The position numbers and the translations under genes were made by a program. A stretch of DNA of 64,000 nt from Ranitomeya imitator (Eukaryota): the NCBI RefSeq assembly GCF_032444005.1, contig NC_091289.1, positions 10,354,001 to 10,418,000 of the forward strand. Reading direction: 5' to 3'. The notes under the pieces are model-generated. The model made no database searches. It was not told where the DNA came from and saw only the letters and a list, made by a program, of their open reading frames with translations. Shown here one piece after another: positions 1 to 14,529 of the stretch. Position 1 is the stretch's first letter. Each line of letters starts with the position of its first letter.

Positions 1-3000
1 TGGTGCAGTCACTGTGTATATACATTACATCACTGATCCTGAGTTACCTCCTGTATTATACTCCAGAGCTGCACTCACTATTCTGCTGGTGCAGTCACTG
101 TGTACATACATTACATTACTGATCCTGAGTTACATCCTGTATTATACCCCAGAGCTGCACTCACTATTCTGCTGGTGCAGTCACTGTGTACATACATTAC
201 ATTACTGATCCTGAGTTACATCCTGTATTATACCCCAGAGCAGCACTCACTATTCTGCTGGTGCAGTCACTGTGTACATACATTACATTACTGATCCTGA
301 GTTACATCCTGTATTATACCCCAGAGCTGCACTCACTATTCTGCTGGTGCAGTCACTGTGTACATACATTACATTACTGATCCTGAGTTACCTCCTGTAT
401 TATACCCCAGAGCTGCACTCACTATTCTGCTGGTGCAGTCACTGTGTACATACATTACATTACTGATCCTGAGTTACATTCTGTATTATACTCCAGAGCT
501 GCACTCACTATTCTGCTGGTGCAGTCACTGTGTACATACATTACATTACTGATCCTGAGTTACATCCTGTATTATACTCCAGAGCTGCACTCACTATTCT
601 GCTGGTGCAGTCACTGTGCACATACATTACATTACTGATCCTGAGATACATCCTGTATTATACTCCAGAGCTGCACTCACTATTCTGCTGGTGCAGTCAC
701 TGTGTACATACATTACATTACTGATCCTGAGTTACATCCTGTATTATACTCCAGACCTGCACTCACTATTCTGCTGGTGCAGTCACTGTGCACATACATT
801 ACTGATCCTGAGATACATCCTGTATTATACCCCAGAGCTGCACTCACTATTCTGCTGGTGCAGTCACTGTGCACATACATTACATTACTGATCCTGAGTT
901 ACATCCTGTACTATACTCCAGAGCTGCACTCACTATTCTGCTGGTGCAGTCACTGTGCACATACATTACATTACTGATCCTGAGTTACATCCTGTATTAT
1001 ACCCCAGAGCTGCAGTCACTATTCTGCTGGTGCAGTCACTGTGTACATACATTACTGATCCTGAGTTACATCCTGTATTATACTCCAGAGCTGCACTCAC
1101 TATTCTGCTGGTGCAGTCACTGTGCACATACATTACATTACTGATCCTGAGTTACATCCTGTATTATACTCCAGAGCTGCACTCACTATTCTGCTGGTGC
1201 AGTCACTGTGTACATACATTACTGATCCTGAGTTACATCCTGTATTATACTCCAGAGCTGCACTCACTATTCTGCTGGTGCAGTCACTGTGCACATACAT
1301 TACATTACTGATCCTGAGTTACATCCTGTATTATACTCCAGAGCTGCACTCACTATTCTGCTGGTGCAGTCACTGTGCACATACATTACATTACTGATCC
1401 TGAGTTACCTCCTGTATTATACCCCAGAGCTGCACTCACGATTCTGCTGGTGCAGTCACTGTGCACATACATTACATTACTGATCCTGAGTTACCTCCTG
1501 TATTATACCCCAGAGCTGCACTCACTATTCTGCTGGTGCAGTCACTGTGCACATACATTATATTACTGATCCTGAGTTACATCCTGTATTATACTCCAGA
1601 GCTGCACTCACTATTCTGCTGGTGCAGTCACTGTGTACATACATTACATTACTGATCCTGAGTTACATCCTGTATTATACCCCAGAGCTGCACTCACTAT
1701 TCTGCTGGTGCAGTCACTGTGCACATACATTATATTACTGATCCTGAGTTACATCCTGTATTATACTCCAGAGCTGCACTCACTATTCTGCTGGTGCAGT
1801 CACCGTGTACATACATTACATTACTGATCCTGAGTTACATACTGTATTATACCCCAGAGCTGCACTCACTATTCTGCTGCTGCAGTCACTGTGTACATAC
1901 ATTACATTACTAATCCTGAGTTACATCCTGTATTATACTCCAGAGCTGCACTCACTATTCTGCTGGTGCAGTCACTGTGTACATACATTACATTACTGAT
2001 CCTGAGTTACCTCCTGTATTATACTCCAGAGCTGCACTCACTATTCTGCTGGTGCAGTCAGTGTGTACATACATTACATTACTGATCCTGAGTTACATCC
2101 TGTATTATACTCCAGAGCTGCACTCACTATTCTGCTGGTGCAGTCACTGTGTACATACATTACATTACTGATCCTGAGTTACCTCCTGTATTATACTCCA
2201 GAGCTGCACTCACTATTCTGCTGGTGCAGTCAGTGTGTACATACATTACATTATTGATCCTGAGTTACATCCTGTATTATACTCCAGAGCTGCACTCACT
2301 ATTCTGCTGGTGCAGTCACTGTGTACATACATTACATCACTGATCCTGAGTTACCTCCTGTATTATACTCCACAGCTGCACTCACTATTCTGCTGGTGCA
2401 GTCACTGTGTACATACATTACATTACTGATCCTGAGTTACATCCTGTATTATACCCCAGAGCTGCACTCACTATTCTCCTGGTGCAGTCACTGTGTACAT
2501 ACATTACATTACTGATCCTGAGTTACATCCTGTATTATACCCCAGAGCAGCACTCACTATTCTGCTGGTGCAGTCACTGTGTACATACATTACATTACTG
2601 ATCCTGAGTTACATCCTGTATTATACCCCAGAGCTGCACTCACTATTCTGCTGGTGCAGTCACTGTGTACATACATTACATTACTGATCCTGAGTTACCT
2701 CCTGTATTATACCCCAGAGCTGCACTCACTATTCTGCTGGTGCAGTCACTGTGTACATACATTACATTACTGATCCTGAGTTACATCCTGTATTATACTC
2801 CAGAGCTGCACTCACTATTCTGCTGGTGCAGTCACTGTGTACATACATTACATTACTGATCCTGAGTTACATCCTGTATTATACTCCAGACCTGCACTCA
2901 CTATTCTGCTGGTGCAGTCACTGTGCACATACATTACTGATCCTGAGATACATCCTGTATTATACCCCAGAGCTGCACTCACTATTCTGCTGGTGCAGTC

Positions 3001-6000
3001 ACTGTGCACATACATTACATTACTGATCCTGAGTTACATCCTGTATTATACTCCAGAGCTGCACTCACTATTCTGCTGGTGCAGTCACTGTGCACATACA
3101 TTACATTACTGATCCTGAGTTACATCCTGTATTATACCCCAGAGCTGCACTCACTATTCTGCTGGTGCAGTCACTGTGTACATACATTACTGATCCTGAG
3201 TTACATCCTGTATTATACTCCAGAGCTGCACTCACTATTCTGCTGGTGCAGTCACTGTGCACATACATTACATTACTGATCCTGAGTTACATCCTGTATT
3301 ATACTCCAGAGCTGCACTCACTATTCTGCTGGTGCAGTCACTGTGCACATACATTACATTACTGATCCTGAGTTACCTCCTGTATTATACCCCAGAGCTG
3401 CACTCACTATTCTGCTGGTGCAGTCACCGTGCATACATTACATTACTGATCCTGAGTTACATCCTGTATTATACCCCAGAGCTGCACTCACTATTCTGCT
3501 GGTGCAGTCACTGTGTACATACATTATATTACTGATCCTGAATTACATCCTGTATTACACCCCAGAGCTGCACTCACTATTCTGCTGGTGCACTCACCGT
3601 GTACATACAATACATTACTGATCCTGAGTTACATACTGTATTATACCCCAGAGCTGCACTCACTATTCTGCTGGTGCAGTCACTGTGTATATACATTACA
3701 TTACTGATCCTGAGTTACATCCTGTATTATACCCCAGAGCTGCACTCACTATTCTGCTGGTGCAGTCACTGTGTACATACATTACATTACTGATCCTGAG
3801 TTACATCCTGTATTATACCCCAGAGCTGCACTCACTATTCTGCTGGTGCAGTCACTGTGTACATACATTACATTACTGATCCTGACTTACAACCTGTATT
3901 ATACCCCAGAGTTGCACTCACTATTCTGCTGGTGCAGTCACTGTGTACATACATTTACATTACTGATCCTGAGTTACATCCTGTATTATACTCCAGAGCT
4001 GCACTCACTATTCTGCTGGTGAAGTCACTGTGTACATACATTACATTACTGATCCTGAGTTACCTCCTGTATTATACTCCAGAGCTGCACTCACTATTCT
4101 GCTGGTTCAGTCACTGTGTACATACATTACATTACTGATCCTGAGTTACATCCTGTATTATACCCCAGAGCTGCACTCACTATTCTGCTGGTGCAGTCAC
4201 CGTGCATACATTATATTACTGATCCTGAATTACATCCTGTATTATACCCCAGAGCTGCACTCACTATTCTGCTGGTGCAGTCACCGTGCATACATTACAT
4301 TACTGATCCTGAATTACATCCTGTATTATACCCCAGAGCTGCACTCACTATTCTGCTGGTGCAGTCACCGTGCATACATTACATTACTGATTCTGAGTTA
4401 CATCCTATATTATACCCCAGAGGTGCACTCACTATTCTGCTGGTGCAGTCACCGTGTACATACATTACATTACTGATCCTGAGTTACATACTGTATTATA
4501 CCCCACAGCTGCACTCACTATTCTGCTGCTGCAGTCACTGTGTACATACATTACATTACTGATCCTGAGTTACATCCTGTATTATACTCCAGAGCTGCAC
4601 TCACTATTCTGCTGGTGCAGTCACTGTGTACATACATTACATTACTGATCCTGAGTTACCTCCTGTATTATACTCCAGAGCTGCACTCACTATTCTGCTG
4701 GTGAAGTCAGTGTGTACATACATTACATTACTGATCCTGAGTTACATCCTGTATTATACTCCAGAGCTGCACTCACTATTCTGCTGGTGCAGTCACTGTG
4801 TACATACATTACATTACTGATCCTGAGTTACCTCCTGTATTATACTCCAGAGCTGCACTCACTATTCTGCTGGTGCAGTCACTGTGTACATACATTACAT
4901 TACTGATCCTGAGTTACATCCTGTATTATACCCCAGAGCTGCACTCACTATTCTGCTGGTGCAGTCACTGTGTACATACATTACATTACTGATCCTGAGT
5001 TACCTCCTGTATTATACCCCAGAGCTGCACTCACTATTCTGCTGGTGCAGTCACTGTGTACATACATTACATTACTGATCCTGAGTTACATTCTGTATTA
5101 TACTCCAGAGCTGCACTCACTATTCTGCTGGTGCAGTCACTGTGTACATACATTACATTACTGATCCTGAGTTACATCCTGTATTATACTCCAGAGCTGC
5201 ACTCACTATTCTGCTGGTGCAGTCACTGTGCACATACATTACATTACTGATCCTGAGATACATCCTGTATTATACTCCAGAGCTGCACTCACTATTCTGC
5301 TGGTGCAGTCACTGTGTACATACATTACATTACTGATCCTGAGTTACATCCTGTATTATACTCCAGACCTGCACTCACTATTCTGCTGGTGCAGTCACTG
5401 TGCACATACATTACTGATCCTGAGATACATCCTGTATTATACCCCAGAGCTGCACTCACTATTCTGCTGGTGCAGTCACTGTGCACATACATTACATTAC
5501 TGATCCTGAGTTACATCCTGTATTATACTCCAGAGCTGCACTCACTATTCTGCTGGTGCAGTCACTGTGCACATACATTACATTACTGATCCTGAGTTAC
5601 ATCCTGTATTATACCCCAGAGCTGCAGTCACTATTCTGCTGGTGCAGTCACTGTGTACATACATTACTGATCCTGAGTTACATCCTGTATTATACTCCAG
5701 AGCTGCACTCACTATTCTGCTGGTGCAGTCACTGTGCACATACATTACATTACTGATCCTGAGTTACATCCTGTATTATACTCCAGAGCTGCACTCACTA
5801 TTCTGCTGGTGCAGTCACTGTGCACATACATTACATTACTGATCCTGAGTTACCTCCTGTATTATACCCCAGAGCTGCACTCACTATTCTGCTGGTGCAG
5901 TCACTGTGCACATACATTACATTACTGATCCTGAGTTACCTCCTGTATTATACCCCAGAGCTGCACTCACTATTCTGCTGGTGCAGTCACTGTGCACATA

Positions 6001-9000
6001 CATTATATTACTGATCCTGAGTTACATCCTGTATTATACTCCAGAGCTGCACTCACTATTCTGCTGGTGCAGTCACTGTGTACATATATTACATTACTGA
6101 TCCTGAGTTACATCCTGTATTATACCCCAGAGCTGCACTCACTATTCTGCTGGTGCAGTCACTGTGCACATACATTATATTACTGATCCTGAGTTACATC
6201 CTGTATTATACTCCAGAGCTGCACTCACTATTCTGCTGGTGCAGTCAACGTGTACATACATTACATTACTGATCCTGAGTTACATACTGTATTATACCCC
6301 AGAGCTGCACTCACTATTCTGCTGCTGCAGTCACTGTGTACATACATTACATTACTAATCCTGAGTTACATCCTGTATTATACTCCAGAGCTGCACTCAC
6401 TATTCTGCTGGTGCAGTCACTGTGTACATACATTACATTACTAATCCTGAGTTACATCCTGTATTATACTCCAGAGCTGCACTCACTATTCTGCTGGTGC
6501 AGTCACTGTGTACATACATTACATTACTGATCCTGAGTTACCTCCTGTATTATACTCCAGAGCTGCACTCACTATTCTGCTGGTGCAGTCAGTGTGTACA
6601 TACATTACATTACTGATCCTGAGTTACATCCTGTATTATACTCCAGAGCTGCACTCACTATTCTGCTGGTGCAGTCACTGTGTACATACATTACATTACT
6701 GATCCTGAGTTACCTCCTGTATTATACTCCAGAGCTGCACTCACTATTCTGCTGGTGCAGTCAGTGTGTACATACATTACATTATTGATCCTGAGTTACA
6801 TCCTGTATTATACTCCAGAGCTGCACTCACTATTCTGCTGGTGCAGTCACTGTGTACATACATTACATCACTGATCCTGAGTTACCTCCTGTATTATACT
6901 CCAGAGCTGCACTCACTATTCTGCTGGTGCAGTCACTGTGTACATACATTACATTACTGATCCTGAGTTACATCCTGTATTATACCCCAGAGCTGCACTC
7001 ACTATTCTGCTGGTGCAGTCACTGTGTACATACATTACATTACTGATCCTGAGTTACATCCTGTATTATACCCCAGAGCAGCACTCACTATTCTGCTGGT
7101 GCAGTCACTGTGTACATACATTACATTACTGATCCTGAGTTACATCCTGTATTATACCCCAGAGCTGCACTCACTATTCTGCTGGTGCAGTCACTGTGTA
7201 CATACATTACATTACTGATCCTGAGTTACCTCCTGTATTATACCCCAGAGCTGCACTCACTATTCTGCTGGTGCAGTCACTGTGTACATACATTACATTA
7301 CTGATCCTGAGTTACATCCTGTATTATACTCCAGAGCTGCACTCACTATTCTGCTGGTGCAGTCACTGTGTACATACATTACATTACTGATCCTGAGTTA
7401 CATCCTGTATTATACTCCAGACCTGCACTCACTATTCTGCTGGTGCAGTCACTGTGCACATACATTACTGATCCTGAGATACATCCTGTATTATACCCCA
7501 GAGCTGCACTCACTATTCTGCTGGTGCAGTCACTGTGCACATACATTACATTACTGATCCTGAGTTACATCCTGTATTATACTCCAGAGCTGCACTCACT
7601 ATTCTGCTGGTGCAGTCACTGTGCACATACATTACATTACTGATCCTGAGTTACATCCTGTATTATACCCCAGAGCTGCAGTCACTATTCTGCTGGTGCA
7701 GTCACTGTGTACATACATTACTGATCCTGAGTTACATCCTGTATTATACTCCAGAGCTGCACTCACTATTCTGCTGGTGCAGTCACTGTGCACATACATT
7801 ACATTACTGATCCTGAGTTACATCCTGTATTATACTCCAGAGCTGCACTCACTATTCTGCTGGTGCAGTCACTGTGTACATACATTACATTACTGATCCT
7901 GAGTTACATCCTGTATTATACTCCAGAGCTGCACTCACTATTCTGCTGGTGCAGTCACTGTGCACATACATTACATTACTGATCCTGAGTTACCTCCTGT
8001 ATTATACCCCAGAGCTGCACTCACTATTCTGCTGGTGCAGTCACTGTGCACATACATTACATTACTGATCCTGAGTTACCTCCTGTATTATACCCCAGAG
8101 CTGCACTCACTATTCTGCTGGTGCAGTCACTGTGCACATACATTATATTACTGATCCTGAGTTACATCCTGTATTATACTCCAGAGCTGCACTCACTATT
8201 CTGCTGGTGCAGTCACTGTGTACATATATTACATTACTGATCCTGAGTTACATCCTGTATTATACCCCAGAGCTGCACTCACTATTCTGCTGGTGCAGTC
8301 ACTGTGCACATACATTACATTACTGATCCTGAGTTACCTCCTGTATTATACCCCAGAGCTGCACTCACTATTCTGCTGGTGCAGTCACTGTGCACATACA
8401 TTATATTACTGATCCTGAGTTACATCCTGTATTATACTCCAGAGCTGCACTCACTATTCTGCTGGTGCAGTCACTGTGTACATACATTACATTACTGATC
8501 CTGAGTTACCTCCTGTATTATACTCCAGAGCTGCACTCACTATTCTGCTGGTGCAGTCACTGTGCACATACATTACATTACTGATCCTGAGTTACATCCT
8601 GTATTATACTCCAGAGCTGCACTCACTATTCTGCTGGTGCAGTCACTGTGTACATACATTACTGATCCTGAGTTACCTCCTGTATTATACCCCAGAGCTG
8701 CACTCACTATTCTGCTGGTGCAGTCACTGTGTACATACATTACATTACTGATCCTGAGTTACACCCTGCATTATACTCCAGAGCTGCACTCACTATTCTG
8801 CTGGTGCAGTCACTGTGTACATACATTACTGATCCTGAGTTACATCTTGCATTATACTCCAGAGCTGCACTCACTATTCTGCTGGTGCAGTCACTGTGTA
8901 CATACATTACATTACTGATCCTGAGTTACACCCTGCATTATACTCCAGAGCTGCACTCACTATTCTGCTGGTGCAGTCACTGTGTACATACATTACTGAT

Positions 9001-9380
9001 CCTGTATTATACTCCAGAGCTGCACTCACTATCCTGCTGGTGCAGTCACTGTGTACATACATTACATTACTGATCCCGAGTTACCTCCTGTATTATACCC
9101 CAGAGCTGCACTCACTATTCTGCTGGTGCAGTCACTGTGTACATACATTACATTACTGATCCTGAGTTACATCCTGTATTATACCCCAGAGCTGCACTCA
9201 CTATTCTGCTGGTGCAGTCACTGTGCACATACATTACATTACTGATCCTGAGTTACATCCTGTATTATACTCCAGAGCTGCACTCACTATTCTGCTGGTG
9301 CAGTCACTGTGCACATACATTATATTACTGATCCTGAGTTACATCCTGTATTATACTCCAGAGCTGCACTCACTGTTCTG
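1..9380 (+). repeat. 86-bp tandem satellite (~110 monomers, some 81-bp variants) in TMEM43 intron 2; continues off the left edge
   Basis: Monomer tggtgcagtcactgtgtacatacattacattactgatcctgagttacatcctgtattatactccagagctgcactcactattctgc; ORF-track starts recur every 86 nt; 81-bp units lack one attac copy. Confidence 0.98.
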
Positions 9381-9425
9381 CAGTTTGCACTCTTGGTGGA
9401 TATTATATGTCTTGCACATTCTCAC

Positions 9426-9569
9426 CTCATTAGTAAACAGCAGGTAGAATGAGAGGGTGAAGGCGATGAGGCCGACCACCATCCCTCCGGCCGTGTCACT
9501 GAGACGCTGCAGGAATCCTGGTGCCGGATCACTTCTGATCGTCGTGTGTTCTCTAGTGGAATCTGCATA
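9426..9569 (-). CDS. TMEM43: TMEM43 (LUMA) coding exon 2
   Basis: 144 nt, [48 protein letters not shown] resembles human TMEM43 N-terminus ([32 protein letters not shown]); tttgcag acceptor, GAG|gtgaga donor. Confidence 0.95.
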
Positions 9570-9651
9570 CTGCAAACATCACACAGAAGGTGACCAGACG
9601 GGACTGTTTGATGCTTTCATCACAGCTGAGGGTTTGTTACAATCACATTAA

Positions 9652-9932
9652 AGGGACACTGTCACCTGAATTTGGAGGGAACAATTTTCAGCCATAGTGG
9701 CGGGGTTTTCAGGTGTTTGATTCACCCTTTCCTTACCCGCTGGCTGCATGCTGTCTCTGTCCTCCATAGTACACGCCTGCGCAAGGCAAGATTGCCTGTA
9801 CTACGGAGGACAGAAAATGAACTTCAATCCAATATTGCAGCCAGCGGGTAAGGAAAGGGTGAATCAAACACCCGAAAACCCCGCCCCTATGGCTGAAAAT
9901 TGTTCCCTCCAAATTCAGGTGACAGAGTCCCT
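9652..9932. mobile_element. T2/Kolobok-type MITE (281 bp) in TMEM43 intron 1
   Basis: TTAA on both sides; TIR agggacactgtcacctgaatttggagggaacaattttcagccatag and its reverse complement. Confidence 0.88.
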
Positions 9933-10140
9933 TTAAGTAGTGGACACATCACAGCTCTCTGTTCGTTACAATGTATCAGTCTTGATGTTTAGCATTATAT
10001 TCCTGACACGAAACAACTGCAACAAACCCTCAGCTGTGAGAAGTCTAACAATAGCGGGGAACATAAGGAAGCAGCAGAACTGTTCACTACAAGCTCTGTC
10101 CGCCCTGCAGTCACACTTGCAGTTCTCTGCCGTCACTCAC

Positions 10141-10152
10141 CTGTCTGGCCAT
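10141..10152 (-). CDS. TMEM43: TMEM43 coding exon 1 (MARQ)
   Basis: Minus strand aacATGGCCAGACAG|gtgagt; 12-nt phase-0 first exon as in human; joins exon 2 in frame. Confidence 0.85.
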
Positions 10153-10574
10153 GTTCCGCCCTGAGATGCAGACACTTGTCTATGGAGAAGCGGTATAGAC
10201 GTCAGGAACCCCGGATACGGCGCTCTCACTTCTTGCCAGCGACTTTTTCCCGATACAAAGTTACCTCCCTGTCCCAAAACACTTCTGCGCATGCTCAGTA
10301 GTCCCAGCCACGCGAAGCAGCATGGGAGTCGTAGTTTTTGTCGTCGGAGACTCCTATACGTGTCTTTTCGGAAATATTTCTCTGTTGATTATCATTCAGT
10401 GACAGGTTATGAAGTCACCGGCCCCAGAATAACGCAGATATCTGTAATAATGTGGGTTATATGGAACAGGCAGTCATTAGGGCAGACCCGTCCGGGGGCT
10501 TTCACGTTTCCCTAGTCGCACTGAGTGACGTCAGCAAAGTGCGCGGTGCCGGGAGAAGTGTGAGCGCTACAGCC
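10153..10574. promoter_or_regulatory. Bidirectional CpG-rich promoter shared by TMEM43 and CHCHD4
   Basis: 422 nt between divergent ATGs; TGCGCATGC (NRF1-like, 10286-10294), ACTACGACTCCCATG on minus (ZNF143/THAP11-like, ~10321-10336), TGACGTCA CRE (10526-10533). Confidence 0.75.
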
Positions 10575-10596
10575 ATGTCCTACTGCAGGCAGGAGG
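10575..10596 (+). CDS. CHCHD4: CHCHD4/MIA40 coding exon 1 (MSYCRQE-G)
   Basis: gccATGTCCTACTGCAGGCAGGAGG|gtaag; matches vertebrate MSYCRQEG start. Confidence 0.93.
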
Positions 10597-11597
10597 GTAA
10601 GAAAGGACAGGAGGGAGCTGGACCGAGCAGAGCGGGGGATGGTGGAGGGGCGACAGGAGAGAGGCAGCAGGGTAAAGCAAGGAGAAGAGGCACGCTGGGG
10701 GTTAATACACTTCAAGGGCATCTCCTGTCACCGGGAATATCACAATGCAGGGAGTAGTAGTCGTCCTCAGTCTGCTTGGCGCGGTTTTCTTCACCCTCAG
10801 TTATTTTCCAGTGCTGATATTTATTTTTACTTTTACTGTTTTTTTGTTGTTGCTGAGGCTGGAAAGGAGGATTGGGGCAGAAGGTTTATTGGAAGAGGAA
10901 AGGAGGTTTGAGTGGGGGGAAAAGAAAAAAAAACCCTCATATTTCGTTGCAGTTTTGTTCTCTGTAGATAAATTATCAGTCATTGATTTGCACCAGAAAT
11001 CACTGATGTTTGCGCCGTTCCAGCAGCGCTAGAGAAGGGGCTAAGAATGCGCCAGGTTTATTCAGGGCGTGCGGTGATGATTGTGCACTGGATGGTGATG
11101 TCCAGGAAGCTACACAGAGGGAACGTCTGAGTCTCCGCACCATGGCGTCTGGTGCTTGCCAGGTCCTGTTTACACTATTACACAGCATCAATACATCTGG
11201 GCTGATGTTTGTGTTTTGTTTTGTCTTTTTACACAAAAAGTCAATTTTTCTCCCTTAAACTCCATATTAATACATTTTGCAAAATTATTTTTTCTTATGT
11301 TGAATGTTACTGTACCCAAATTATGATTTTTTTTTTAATTTTCTCCTGAGCTACTTACTTTCTCACTACAATAATAAGCAGCGACTCCGGCTTAGTTGCT
11401 GGAGTCTGCATTAGTCTTACGTCCCTGACTCTTATGCTTTGCACTGCAGCTCTGCACCCTCCCCAGTCACTACTAGTTCTTTTCTAAGTATTCTCGTCAA
11501 TGAAAAAGCAGGGTCACAATCAGTATGGCTGCTGTTTCTGATTCAACCGGGACCCAGATGAATTTATCTTGACAATCTTTTTTTGTGATCGTTTTAG

Positions 11598-11696
11598 GAA
11601 AAGATAAAATTATTTTTGTAACCAAAGAAGATCATGCGACACCAAGCAGTGCGGAGCTCATCCCTGATGACCCCAACGACCCCTATGAAGACCATG
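11598..11696 (+). CDS. CHCHD4: CHCHD4 coding exon 2
   Basis: 99 nt, [32 protein letters not shown] (AIF-binding N-terminal segment); ttttag acceptor, G|gttggt donor. Confidence 0.93.
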
Positions 11697-14529
11697 GTTG
11701 GTAACATTTGTGTGTTAAATTTAGCAATGATTAAAGGGGACCTCCCACCATTCTTTTCCACATCGGTCAGGGAGAAGGCACGCTGATAATGTTGCATCGT
11801 TGGGTATTGGCCAGTGTTCATGCATGGTCTGCAGATATCATGAACGTCTTCTACGCTGATAAACAGGACAGGTGTGCGACACCTGACCGTCATGCATGAA
11901 CTTTGGCCAGTATCTGATTATGCAACGTTATCAGCACATCTTCCCCATCAATGCAGCAAAGAATAGCTGGGGAACACTTTTATTTATTGCACAATTAGTT
12001 TTTTACAACTTTCCAACATTTTTTGGTTTTGAGTTTCTCACGACTCGTAAGATTTCTCCTTGCTGTCATTGAACGGGAACATTGTTTGCATTCAGAGGAT
12101 GAAAACATTCTTACAGCTGAGGTTTTGTTACAACTGCATTTTTCATAGACAATCCTTTGAGCTAAACATATCAGCAGCACAAATCTTTCTCCTGTCCTGA
12201 TAATTTGTTACACTGTATCAGTGCAAGTGGAATTTATCAGTTTTGAGGCTGTTTAGTTGACAGAGGATTCTATAGAATGGATGCAGCAGACTCTCTGCTA
12301 TGAGACGTATTGGGTCACAGGGTTTTTTGATATCGTGGAGTCACAGATCCGCATAGGATCTTCAGAAACAAACATCAATTATCTGTTAAAACTTATTGCA
12401 AATTTTACGTAATTTTCTTATTCTTCCTAAATTGGGAACATTAAAAAAAAAGTCACTGAATAGGTTGAAGTTTTTATTTCTAACATTACCAAAGCTCAAA
12501 TAATAATGTTACAATTGTATTGGAAGTGGTGTCTTGAGTCAGAGAAGCCCACGGCGCAGGCTCCTTCCAGTTTAGAGGCTGTCCCCACAGTCAGTCATTT
12601 CATGGCTTCTCTCTGCCCTATGAGGAATCTCCCAAATGAAATTAATGGACTGTAATTTACAGCTGAGACGCAACATTTCTGGTTATTTTTGGGACTATTA
12701 GCTTTAGTGAAAAAGTGAACTAGTATTCTCTTGTACATAGGTGCAGTTCCAACTCCTGCCCCCAGAGGGCAGCATTTAGTCACTGACACTTGCACAACTC
12801 CCCCAAAGGATATTGTGAATCGCTGAACCACATATTTCCCCCTCAACAGACTTGGCACCAGTGTCCGGCTTAAAATGACTCGCTGGACGTTTTCGTCTCC
12901 AGAGTGAGCAAAATGGAAAGATAAAAAAAAATGAAAATTATATATATTTTTTTTTATATATGCCACAAAGAGTTAAGTCTAAAATGTACCCTCATCCAAA
13001 AACCAGATTATCCCATGGTGCAGAGTCAGCAGATGTCTCTAAGCATGTCCTGGTTCACAGTCTAAAGGGTGACAGAAGATTGGCATGTTGTTCTGCCATG
13101 TCAGGCATTGAATGCCAGCCAGAAACTACAAGTTCCATCATGCACTGATTATTGAATGCTTGGACTTATAGTATCACAACGGCTGGAGACCGCTGACTAC
13201 TTGGTGCACGTGCAGGCTCTGATTTACATTTGAGACAGGAGCCTGGTGATTCCAGCTGACAGATGAATTGTCTTCAAATTAGTGCACCCCAAAAACGTAT
13301 TATTGCTCACATCGTTTTTTTTTTAACATGGTCCAAAGCTAAACTCTATGAAGTTAAGTAGTTATTGTATTTATATGTTTTGGCCTTTTTCTAATTGTTT
13401 TCCCCTCTAGTTACATCTTCAGACACAATCCATTGTCTCAGGGTCTCGCCTCCGAGGGTGGCGGTCCGTTTTTAAAGGGTTAATGCCATCCGTCATTGGC
13501 TGATTGCTCCTGAAAGGACTGGTGTAGCAGGCGGGCTGCAGCTGGCAGCGAGACATGAATAGTCGGATTCATTCTGCCTGTCACTTGTACTATAGGGAGG
13601 GCGGTCTGCCGGGTGGGAGATATTGTCCAAAGCTGCCACCGACCTCGAAAAGATTGAAAACATGGCTTGGCATTACAGAGAGCTTTGTGTGTGTGTGTGT
13701 GTACAGCGCATTATGTCACTAGCAACTCTAACTGCAGGTCAGCGCTAATTACTACAGGGCACCGCAGCCGCCAGTCGGGGGATGGATAACATGGGCGGGA
13801 CGGTGCCCAGAAAGGGTAGACACCGCCGTGTGTCATGTGTGCCCAGCTACCTATTATCCTCCCAATGCGCAGTTTACACTGACGGCTGTCTGACACGTTA
13901 AAAGGGTATTCCCATTTCATAGCATGATGGTATTTATCTGGCATATGCTATTTTATGATCATCCCAGTGTAATGGGAAAAAAAAAACGTTAAATGAGATT
14001 CAACTTAACTAATGCTGGTGGACTTTTTTTTTTTTGTGTTTCTTAAGTTTGTGGGGGTCCCAAACGTTGGACATCCACTGATCATTAAGAAATGGGATAC
14101 TCAGTCACTTTACGGGATGAAAATACTTAATTTTTTTAAGGAGTTCTTGCATCGTCCTCTTTTGGTAGAAGTGTAGGTTTGAACATAGATGGGGAGGAGG
14201 GAGATGAAGCTGCAGTTTCTCCCTGGGAAATGTGCAGTGAGGAGACATTTGATTGGATACAGCTCAACTGTGACATCACACTAGGATGACACGCCCACTG
14301 AGGCGGAGCAGAGAGAAAATGTGCAGGTGCAGGAAACCAACAATAGTGTTACAGTGGCAAGTAAAAGTTGCCCTAACTGTGAACAGTTGAGCAAATTGAA
14401 GATTAATTGATCTGTAAAAGGCCTAAAGTTATAGATGACACATTTCCTTTGTAATTTAGGCAAAATATATACCGTACATTTTCATCTTTTACATTTGAAA
14501 AATTATAAAAAGGAAAATGGGACAATAGA

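Noticed and set aside
1-9380. About 110 overlapping 64-148 aa ORFs (MYIHYITDPEL...)
   Set aside because: Translation artefacts of the 86-bp monomer; they lie antisense within TMEM43 intron 2
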